Positions 26,982 through 34,755 of a DNA stretch of 38,395 nt are shown in pieces (positions within the stretch are counted from its first letter, which is position 1; each line of letters opens with the position of its first letter). The stretch covers positions 1-38,395 of the forward strand of contig PFMD01000028.1 in assembly GCA_002784945.1 (NCBI GenBank), written 5' to 3'. The notes beneath the pieces are model-generated. The model searched no databases, had not been told where the DNA came from, and was given only the letters and a program-made list of their open reading frames with translations. The stretch is from Candidatus Kerfeldbacteria bacterium CG_4_10_14_0_8_um_filter_42_10 (lineage in GTDB: Bacteria; Patescibacteriota; Patescibacteriia; UM-FILTER-42-10). A program made the position numbers and the translations under genes.

Positions 26982-27665
26982 CTAAATCCCAATATCCTCC
27001 AGTTTTTCCTTTTCCTTATCTTCTTCTCTGCTAGGTTCCAGTTTTTCCTCTTTTTTCTCCAGATTATCTTCGAGCTGTTCCAATTCTGTAACTATCACCG
27101 ACTCTGCTCTATTTTCAATCGCTCCTCCGCCTTTGACCACATTCTCTACGGCCGCCCAGTTAGACTGCTTATCCTTGGGGACTAAAATGACCACTTCATC
27201 TCCGGCTTCTCCTTTAAAATAAGTAATGCTGGCTAAAAGCACCTTATAGCCCTTCCCGCTGGCGACTACTCGATATTCGCCGGTTTGCTCGTCTTGGATC
27301 AGGCTTCCGATCAGGCGCCGTCGTTCTACCGGACCGATTTGTTTATAAACAAAAGAACCATCGTCAGAAATGGTTAATTTCAGCACATCACCCTCTACTA
27401 ATTTAGATTTAGAGGCGTAATTTGCCGGTACGTTGTATTGTTTTTCATCCGGGCCCACCATATTCAGCCCGTCAAATATTCCTTCTATTATTCTTCCGCC
27501 CCCCGCCACCTTTCCTACTATTTTTGCTTTGGAGGCCGGTGCGTCATTGACTTCAAAAAGATCGGCTCCTGCCGCTTCGCTTAACATCTGCTTGGCGGAA
27601 CGGATGGCTTCTTCAGCCGAATCGATCATTTGTTTTATTTGCTCTAATTTATTTTCGTCGATCAT
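26982..27665 (-). CDS. conserved hypothetical protein
   Basis: 227-aa ORF; N-terminal helix, VPANYASKSKLVEGD..KQIGP core that I recall from CPR genomes, acidic tail. Confidence 0.8.
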   Translation of the reverse strand: MIDENKLEQIKQMIDSAEEAIRSAKQMLSEAAGADLFEVNDAPASKAKIVGKVAGGGRIIEGIFDGLNMVGPDEKQYNVPANYASKSKLVEGDVLKLTISDDGSFVYKQIGPVERRRLIGSLIQDEQTGEYRVVASGKGYKVLLASITYFKGEAGDEVVILVPKDKQSNWAAVENVVKGGGAIENRAESVIVTELEQLEDNLEKKEEKLEPSREEDKEKEKLEDIGI

Positions 27666-27860
27666 TTTTATTTTCCTCCCAGAATTTTATTATTTGTTAT
27701 ATTTTGATATTTTTTTGTTTTAATTTGTTTTTTATTTTATATTATTTCCGAACTGTTTTATTTTTATTGTGAATCTATTTTATCATACCTTAAAAATTAG
27801 TCAAAGAAAATTAAAAAGGCCCGCTGCGACAGGCTCGAAAAATGGCTCAATTTAGCCGTT

Positions 27861-28409
27861 TTAAAAACGGTAGCAATAGATCGAATTACTGGTTTCGGTC
27901 GGTTTACTAACCACGGCCGGTGTAAAAGCTTTTATCGGAAAAACATACGAGACAATTCGGCTATCCTTTTTCATTTCTTTTTTGAATTTTGATTCCAGTT
28001 TTTTTAGGCCATACGGGGTAAGGAAAAAAACAATAACATTCGCCTGACTGAAATCAGCTCGAAAAAAATCTTTGTATAAAATTTTTACTCGTCCCTTCAG
28101 CCTATGAACAAAAAAATTGTTCAAGAAGAAAAGTCTTATTCTAGAAACCAAATAAGGAATAAACGAGATTTCATATCCGATAAACTGAGCATCATAGCGT
28201 TTAGCCAGTTCCAGGGTCACTCGACCGTCGCCGGAACCCAATTCATATACTACTTCGTCTTTTTTTATTCCGGCCAGTTCTGTAATTCTCAGCAAATCTT
28301 TTTTTCGCGCCGGAACCCAAGGAGCGGCCCGATAGCTGGCCAAGGCCATGGTGCCAAATACCAGTAAGATTAACAAAAGTAAGCCAAAATGAAAAAATAG
28401 TTCAGACAT
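27861..28409 (-). CDS. class I SAM-dependent methyltransferase with N-terminal TM helix (FAM173-like)
   Basis: TM helix then APWVP, ELGSGDGR, GYEIS. Confidence 0.85.
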   Translation of the reverse strand: MSELFFHFGLLLLILLVFGTMALASYRAAPWVPARKKDLLRITELAGIKKDEVVYELGSGDGRVTLELAKRYDAQFIGYEISFIPYLVSRIRLFFLNNFFVHRLKGRVKILYKDFFRADFSQANVIVFFLTPYGLKKLESKFKKEMKKDSRIVSYVFPIKAFTPAVVSKPTETSNSIYCYRF

Positions 28410-28411
28410 TC

Positions 28412-28497
28412 CTATTGCTTTATTGTTATATTGCTAAATTGTTTTATTGTTTCTAAAAAATAACAATTCAACAATTTAGCAATATAACAATTTAACT
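28412..28497. repeat. inverted octamer array
   Basis: TATTGCTT TATTGTTA TATTGCTA AATTGTTT TATTGTT followed by AACAATTC AACAATTT AGCAATAT AACAATTT. Confidence 0.8.
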
Positions 28498-28523
28498 ATG
28501 CGACAGTTAAAATAACGATCGAG

Positions 28524-31055
28524 CTAAATTTTAATTTCCGTTGTTTCTTTCTTTTTAGATCGCTCTAAGATTTCCGATTCAATAATGTTTCTTTCCCTTC
28601 CGTATTTCAATCGGGAGAGTTCTTTAATCGCCGGCACCATTTCGGGATTGCCTTTAGGCAGAGTTCTTCCCTTTACGTTAAAGGGCCGCGCATGGCTGTT
28701 ATCGATCAAAAGCTTCAGATTAAAGGTATATTTGTCGACATTCATAACGTCATATTCATTGAATACCGGATCGAACTGCTTAGCAAAAAGCTCGGCGTCC
28801 TCCACTCCGACCCGATAAGCCGCAATGGTCCCCACATTGCCGAAAACAGCGTCTTTAATGCTGGTATCGGTACCCTGGACCAGCTGCCCGACATATTGAT
28901 GCGCCATGGTCAGGGAAAGCTTGTATTTACGGGCTTCCGAAAGGATTACCGCAATGCTTTCCGTAACATAGTTTTGGAACTCATCGATGTAAAGATAGAA
29001 CGGTTTGCGCTGTGATTCAGGGAGATCGACCCGGCTTAAAGCGGCCATCAAAATCTTTCCCACTATTACCAGCCCCAGAAGTTCCGCGTTTAAGTCTCCG
29101 ATCCTTCCTTTCGACAGATTGATCAATAAAATCTTGCCTTGATCCATTGCTTCCCTAAAGTTGAATCCGCTTTTCTGCTGGGCAATAATCGGGCGCATAT
29201 AGTCATTGGAGATAAAGGTGTTCAATTTGCTGGTGATGTAAGGAACCATATTGGCCAACGCCGCTTCACCGCCCGCTTTTTCTGCTTCTTCTTCCCAAAA
29301 TCTCTTTACCACAATGTTAGTGGTTTTAGTAAGTTTGTATTTTCGGTATTCCTTGTCGGCAAGGACGCGGGGAATTTCCAACAAGGTGGCACCGCTTTCC
29401 GGATCATCCATCACCAAAAGCATGGCATTGCGCATGTACTGTTCAAACATCGGGCCGCCGGTTTGAGCCAGATTATACAACTTGTCAAAAATCTTGATCA
29501 TCTCGTTAATCACAAAAGTTTTCTGTTCCGGGTATTTGGGATCATACTCCATCAAATTCAGCCCAATGGGTCTTTGCAAATCCGCCGGATCAAAATAAAT
29601 TACGTCTTCGGCCCTACTTTTAGGAACATTAGGCAAAACATATTCATCAATCAATCCGCCATGCGGATCGATTAGGCAGCAGCCGTCGCCATTCTGAATA
29701 TCCTGAACGGCCATGTTCGCCATGGTATAAGATTTTCCTGAACCCGTTTGTCCAATTATATAGATGTGTCTTTCCCGATCGTCTTTTTTGATTCGTACTT
29801 CCGTTTTTTGGCCGCGGTATTCGCATTCACCCAAAATCACTCCGGTTTTAGGTAAATTGTTTGGCGGGGGCGCTTTTTTGGCGCCGAGCCAGCGAATGTT
29901 GGGAGTTTCGGTGTAAGGCAGCGGCAAATGGTAAAGGCTGACCACTTCTTCGGTGTTTAAAATGAATGCGCGCTTTTCGTTAAAATTGCGATAAATAAAA
30001 TCATGAATCAAACGGGGATTATTGCCCACTTGCACCGCGTTAAAACCATTGCCGTATTCGTAGCCGGAATATTGGGAAAAGGAATCAATGATATTTCTAA
30101 GATATGCTTGCGCCTGATCTTTTCGTTTGGCCGAGACCACGATCCGGATATTCACATCGAATCCGGCCTTGCTGGTTTTTTCTTCCAGGGATTTTACGAT
30201 CTCTTCTTCCATGGGTGAAAGCTGATGCAGCTGCTGTTTTTGAAGCAGGTCGTCTTCTTTGGATTTATGAATAAAGAACATTTTAAACATTCCGCTTAAA
30301 AATCCGAGAAAACCGCGGCCGCCCGCCGCATTCAGTGCTTCTTGCAACTTTTTACCCTGTTGCATTTCGGAAGCGACTTTGGCCGGCCAAGCATGCCACG
30401 AGGCTCTGGCCGAGCGAAGAATGATTTGAATCGCTCCGCCTTCATCCGTTTGGAATTTAGAAAGCGAATTGGTAATGGCGTTCAACGGATCGGATTCCAA
30501 TTTTTGGTAAGTTCGAATTGGGAAAATATATTTTTTCTTGAGTCTCAGGTAGGCCGCCTGAATTATCCCTTGGGGCGTGAAAATATTGTAATCTTCCACC
30601 GGATCAATTTGCGCTTCAGGATAATGGGCGTGCAGCTGCTGTTCTAAGAAGCGCCGGAAATACTTGGGGCAGGTAACGTAAAAGGAAATCGCATTATCTT
30701 TTTCCTTAACTATTTCCAAGGCGAAGTGGTCTTGACGGCCATATAAAAAAGTCCGTAGTCCGCTTTGGGGTTTTAGGCCTCCCAAATTAGCGTATAAGTT
30801 TTCCGCCATGCCGATTAACTGTTTAAGCTCTTTTTCTTTATCCTCTTCTCTGGAAAATTCTTTCGGCACCATCACCAATAAAGTAACGTTATGAAACTCC
30901 TCTGGCAAATTATACTGCTTTCTTAAAATTTTCCTCACAATAAAAATTACGGCGGCAACTGCGAAAACGATTGCCGCAAAAATAATCAATCCGATCACTA
31001 CCGGATTAGAAAAAATTGATTCTCCCGTAACGGGATTAGGCAAAGTATTCGACAT
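28524..31055 (-). CDS. VirD4/TrwB-like (HerA/FtsK superfamily) ATPase with N-terminal TM anchor and long N-terminal domain
   Basis: RHIYIIGQTGSGKS Walker A, IDPHG, LYIDEFQ Walker B, SEARKY, AHQ, GNVGT. Confidence 0.88.
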   Translation of the reverse strand: MSNTLPNPVTGESIFSNPVVIGLIIFAAIVFAVAAVIFIVRKILRKQYNLPEEFHNVTLLVMVPKEFSREEDKEKELKQLIGMAENLYANLGGLKPQSGLRTFLYGRQDHFALEIVKEKDNAISFYVTCPKYFRRFLEQQLHAHYPEAQIDPVEDYNIFTPQGIIQAAYLRLKKKYIFPIRTYQKLESDPLNAITNSLSKFQTDEGGAIQIILRSARASWHAWPAKVASEMQQGKKLQEALNAAGGRGFLGFLSGMFKMFFIHKSKEDDLLQKQQLHQLSPMEEEIVKSLEEKTSKAGFDVNIRIVVSAKRKDQAQAYLRNIIDSFSQYSGYEYGNGFNAVQVGNNPRLIHDFIYRNFNEKRAFILNTEEVVSLYHLPLPYTETPNIRWLGAKKAPPPNNLPKTGVILGECEYRGQKTEVRIKKDDRERHIYIIGQTGSGKSYTMANMAVQDIQNGDGCCLIDPHGGLIDEYVLPNVPKSRAEDVIYFDPADLQRPIGLNLMEYDPKYPEQKTFVINEMIKIFDKLYNLAQTGGPMFEQYMRNAMLLVMDDPESGATLLEIPRVLADKEYRKYKLTKTTNIVVKRFWEEEAEKAGGEAALANMVPYITSKLNTFISNDYMRPIIAQQKSGFNFREAMDQGKILLINLSKGRIGDLNAELLGLVIVGKILMAALSRVDLPESQRKPFYLYIDEFQNYVTESIAVILSEARKYKLSLTMAHQYVGQLVQGTDTSIKDAVFGNVGTIAAYRVGVEDAELFAKQFDPVFNEYDVMNVDKYTFNLKLLIDNSHARPFNVKGRTLPKGNPEMVPAIKELSRLKYGRERNIIESEILERSKKKETTEIKI

Positions 31056-31057
31056 TC

Positions 31058-31549
31058 TTACTCTCCTTTTTTCTTTTTGATTATCTCCAAAATCCGATCA
31101 GTCTTGATTTTGGTTTCTTGCTCTAAAAAGAATTTGTTTACTCCGGGAATCAATTTCAGCCAGTCGCCAATAAGCTGAATTACCTTTTTAGCCGTAGCTT
31201 TGGCGGTTTGGATTAGATTCTCAATCAGCGTAGCGGTTTCTTCGCCCTTTTGCCGAAAAAGAAGCTTCTGATTGGCATCCATGCTTTGATAAATATCAAC
31301 TAAATCCTCCGAGAGGATTTTTTCGATTTCCCTTCTAGTTTCGGACTTGGGAACAGCTATTGGGGTAGGAGTTGTGGCGGCGGGAACCGGTTGAGCCGAG
31401 GCCGCTTTTTGTTCTTCCTTAGCTATCTGTTTTTCCAGCTCGGCTAGATCCTTTTCCAATTCCACTTTTTTTTCGTCAGTTTCGGGAATAATTGGTCTTT
31501 CCGGAATAATTTCAGGCTTAGGCTGCTGTTCAAATTGTTGTTCAGGCAT
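31058..31549 (-). CDS. conserved hypothetical protein co-transcribed with the ATPase
   Basis: 163 aa; low-complexity N-terminus; IPGVNKFFLEQE..IK core; 2 nt from the ATPase start. Confidence 0.8.
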   Translation of the reverse strand: MPEQQFEQQPKPEIIPERPIIPETDEKKVELEKDLAELEKQIAKEEQKAASAQPVPAATTPTPIAVPKSETRREIEKILSEDLVDIYQSMDANQKLLFRQKGEETATLIENLIQTAKATAKKVIQLIGDWLKLIPGVNKFFLEQETKIKTDRILEIIKKKKGE

Positions 31550-31710
31550 GATAAAAAATTAAAGCTCAAAGCGAAAAAAATTGAGATAATCTGCCGTTCT
31601 AATCTTTAAATTTAAACTTTTAACTCTAAACTTTGCACTTTTATAGTATATCATATTTTCCCGTTTTTTTCAACTTATTTCCTAAAATACCCCCTACCTA
31701 CTTAGTGGGA

Positions 31711-31739
31711 TTGACAAAAATTGAGATTAGGTATATATT
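31711..31739 (+). promoter_or_regulatory. sigma70-type promoter
   Basis: TTGACA-17-TATATT. Confidence 0.7.
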
Positions 31740-31783
31740 TATCTGTTAAAATTAAGCTGCTAAGTACCAAGTACTAAGAAGGA

Positions 31784-31904
31784 AAAAGCGACAGATATTT
31801 GCCGTCTCTTGATAGCAGACCCCGCTAGAAATCGGGTAGCGGAAAAAAGCCTGTTGGGATGAATACAACGGTGTTTTCTAAAGGGGTAAATATGTGTCAC
31901 TTTT
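31784..31904 (+). promoter_or_regulatory. candidate structured 5' leader (four-way junction)
   Basis: 20-bp closing stem (2 mismatches) enclosing three hairpins, between the promoter and the lipoprotein ATG. Confidence 0.5.
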
Positions 31905-31966
31905 AATGGGAAGATCATTCGAAAAAAAATAGACCAAAAATAGACCTCTGAAAGGGGGAAAGTAGC

Positions 31967-32908
31967 ATGAGAAGCTGGATTCTTCTGCCTCTGCTGGCAA
32001 GCGTCTTACTGCTGGCCGGTTGCGGAGCGCACAGTCACTTGGAGCGGATTGATCATAATACCTGGAATTTCCACTGGGAAGCCTACCGGATCGCCGATCC
32101 GCAAATCCTGGTAGACGTTTATCGCGCCCAGGAAAACATCACGGAAGAGGATTGGATGTTGTTCGACAACACCGCCTATTTCACGGTAATTCCAGGACAC
32201 CCGAAATTTGACGGCAACGTCACTTCAGTAAAGGTGTATCTGGACAATAACGGACCGGTTTTCGCCGCTAAAGGAGGTGCGGGATACCAATTTGGTATCA
32301 CCACTGCTTGGAGCGTAGGCGAAAATTTGTTCTACAACGTTATGCCCGGCAAACACACCGTGGTGGTTCAAGTCGAATGGCAGTCCTGGAAACCGTTCTG
32401 GTTTAAAGGACAACAAACCCGAGACCTGACCACCTGGACCTACGCCATCATTGACGTAGACCAATCGTATCTGGCCCGAATGGATACCGATCCCGGGCTG
32501 TTCCGTGCCGCTAAAAAGGATGAGCCGCAATTGCTGGTTACTTACCTGGGCCGGCTGATTAACGTTACGGAGAAAAAGCGAACTATGTTCGAAAACTCCG
32601 AGACGTACCTGGTAGCGGTTGGGAATGACGACGATGGATACGTCAAGGACGTCATCGTATATCTCAACAATGTCCGGATTCCGGTTCACAAAGAAGGCGT
32701 CCATTATACCTTCGGCGTGACTACCGGGTATGGCAGCGGCGGCAACTACTATTACAACATCGGTTCCGGTAATTACAAGTTCCGGATCGAAGTAGTAAAG
32801 GTCAAACCGCCGAAGCCGGTGGCCCAGCCGCCTGGACCAGATGGAGAGGTCTATTCGCAGTTCGTACATTCCGAACTTGAGGTGGATCCGACCTATTTAG
32901 GTTGGTGA
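31967..32908 (+). CDS. lipoprotein with two internally repeated beta-rich (Ig-like) domains
   Basis: LAGC lipobox; DG.V..V.VYL.N...Y.FG.TT...N..YN..G repeated twice. Confidence 0.8.
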   Translation: MRSWILLPLLASVLLLAGCGAHSHLERIDHNTWNFHWEAYRIADPQILVDVYRAQENITEEDWMLFDNTAYFTVIPGHPKFDGNVTSVKVYLDNNGPVFAAKGGAGYQFGITTAWSVGENLFYNVMPGKHTVVVQVEWQSWKPFWFKGQQTRDLTTWTYAIIDVDQSYLARMDTDPGLFRAAKKDEPQLLVTYLGRLINVTEKKRTMFENSETYLVAVGNDDDGYVKDVIVYLNNVRIPVHKEGVHYTFGVTTGYGSGGNYYYNIGSGNYKFRIEVVKVKPPKPVAQPPGPDGEVYSQFVHSELEVDPTYLGW

Positions 32909-32924
32909 TCTGCTTCGCTTACCA

Positions 32925-32973
32925 AGAGGGCGTGCATCTCTATAATCTATAAATAGAGATGCCCGCCTTTTTT
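32925..32973 (+). terminator. intrinsic terminator
   Basis: GGCG.GCATCTCTAT...ATAGAGATGC.CGCC followed by T tract. Confidence 0.75.
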
Positions 32974-32999
32974 CTTTATGGGATATCGCGCCTTCTGCC

Positions 33000-33031
33000 G
33001 GGTAGGCGGAGCGACGTCGCTCCGCCTACCC
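33000..33031. repeat. perfect 32-bp palindrome with GTAG/CTAC near the ends (REP-like)
   Basis: GGGTAGGCGGAGCGAC|GTCGCTCCGCCTACCC. Confidence 0.92.
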
Positions 33032-33107
33032 TTTATTACTTTTGACAGAATTGAATTATTGCGGTAGTTTAAATATAAGATTAGATCTTTTTCCTGGGAG
33101 GCGGCCC

Positions 33108-33278
33108 ATGTCAACAACAGGCTTGATAGTACTGGGGGTTATTTTCGCAGCACTTATCGCGGTGGCGCTCTGGGCGATCAAAAAACTCCCTAAGACAGAG
33201 GAGATGACTTCTGAGGACAGAGAAATCTGGGTCCAGGCTATGATGGTAGATCCGTTCCTCAACTATCCTGTACTCTGA
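33108..33278 (+). CDS. 56-aa single-TM small protein
   Basis: TTGACA-17-TAGTTT promoter (33042-33070), GGGAGG SD, N-terminal TM helix, terminator at about 33302-33329. Confidence 0.65.
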   Translation: MSTTGLIVLGVIFAALIAVALWAIKKLPKTEEMTSEDREIWVQAMMVDPFLNYPVL

Positions 33279-33346
33279 TTATCTCTAAGGTTCTTCATGT
33301 CAGGCAGTTGCCCGCGCGACTGCCTTTTTCTTTATCAAATAATGAC

Positions 33347-33375
33347 TTGCAAAAAATCGTAAAGTGTGCTACAAT
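33347..33375 (+). promoter_or_regulatory. corA promoter
   Basis: TTGCAA-17-TACAAT with TG extension. Confidence 0.7.
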
Positions 33376-33413
33376 ATAACCATAAAGTGCTAAAACAAAC
33401 ACAAAAAAATGAA

Positions 33414-33612
33414 TCCCGTTAGAAAAAACAAATTTTGGTTTACCTATAATATCCAACGCTTAGAAAATAAACACCGGCATACCGATTGCACTGCTTATTT
33501 ACGGAAGCGCTCTACGGAAAACAATCATTATTTTTCAATTTTCAGCAAAGGTCGAGAACTATTTTTTATTTATTTTGAAGCGTGTTTAAAGCGCTTCTTT
33601 TTTCTAACGGGA
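33414..33612. mobile_element. 199-bp MITE-like element inserted in the corA start codon
   Basis: 15-bp perfect TIRs TCCCGTTAGAAAAAA / TTTTTTCTAACGGGA; TGAA on both flanks (33410-33413 and 33613-33616). Confidence 0.8.
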
Positions 33613-34538
33613 TGAACATCCAGGAAATTAAATCCAAGGATATGAGTTGGGTTAACATTATTAACCCCACTCAAGAAGAGATTGAACATCTCCGAAAAAC
33701 TTATAAATTCCACCCGCTGGATTTAGAAGATTGTTTAACGGTAACCCAGCGACCTAAGATTGATGAATACGAGAAGTATCATTTTATGGTGCTTCTTTTT
33801 CCGATTTACCACACGAAAACCCGTGAAATTACTCCCGAAGAAATCCATTTTTTTATCAGCAAGCACTACCTGATTACTATTCATAACAATGTGCTTTCGC
33901 CCGTCACCAATTTTTTTCACCTCTGCCAAAGCAGCCAAGAGGTACGAAAAAAGCATTTCGATGGCTCCGCCGAAAAACTACTGTATCACGTTTTAGATAA
34001 ACTGCTTACCTCTATTTACCCGATGCTGGATCATCTTAGCGTTGACATCAGCCAGGTGGAAAAAGGGATTTTTGCCGGTGACGAAAAAAAGATGGTTAAA
34101 GAAATTCTGGTAACCCGCCGGAATATCACCGACTTTCGCAAAATTATGCAGGCTCACAAAAAGACTTTGCAAAAGTTAACGGCCGGCCTGCAGGAAAGCG
34201 ACTTATTTCAAATCCAAAAAACTGACCGCTATTTCGACAACTTAGTGGATCACACTAAGGAGATTTGGGATGCCCTCGAAGGATACAAAGAAGCCATCGA
34301 AGCATTGCAGGAAACCAATGAATCGCTGATTTCTAATCGCATTAATGAAATAATGAAAACATTAACGGCTATTTCCGTGGCTATTCTGCCAGTAACATTG
34401 ATTGCCAGCCTGTTTGGCATGAACACTCCCAATTCTCCCTTTAGCAATCAGCCTCATGCCTTTTGGATAATAACCGCCATGAACTTATTGATAATGGCCG
34501 GCTTGATATTTTTCCTTAAAAAGAAAAGATGGATTTAA
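33612..34538 (+). CDS. corA: CorA family Mg/Co transporter
   Basis: HPLDLED, QRPKIDEY, NEIMKTLT, FGMN signature, two C-terminal TM helices. Confidence 0.93.
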   Translation: MNIQEIKSKDMSWVNIINPTQEEIEHLRKTYKFHPLDLEDCLTVTQRPKIDEYEKYHFMVLLFPIYHTKTREITPEEIHFFISKHYLITIHNNVLSPVTNFFHLCQSSQEVRKKHFDGSAEKLLYHVLDKLLTSIYPMLDHLSVDISQVEKGIFAGDEKKMVKEILVTRRNITDFRKIMQAHKKTLQKLTAGLQESDLFQIQKTDRYFDNLVDHTKEIWDALEGYKEAIEALQETNESLISNRINEIMKTLTAISVAILPVTLIASLFGMNTPNSPFSNQPHAFWIITAMNLLIMAGLIFFLKKKRWI

Positions 34539-34582
34539 AACAGCTGCTTTAAAAGCAGGCGGAAATAAGTTATAATTCGATT

Positions 34583-34744
34583 ATGAGCAAAACGAATCAA
34601 AAAATCACTACTGAGGTAAAAATAGTTCCCAAAATAACCGAAAAAGTCGGAGAACTTATTGTTTTACTGGTAGCCTGCGTTATTTTAGGATCGGCTTTTT
34701 TGGCCGCAATCATTATCAGTTCAATTAAACTGACTAATTTATAA
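34583..34744 (+). CDS. 53-aa single-TM small protein (not in ORF track)
   Basis: [53 protein letters not shown]; ATG 6 nt after TATAAT; 11 nt upstream of the Clp-like gene. Confidence 0.65.
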   Translation: MSKTNQKITTEVKIVPKITEKVGELIVLLVACVILGSAFLAAIIISSIKLTNL

Positions 34745-34755
34745 TAATTGCGATA

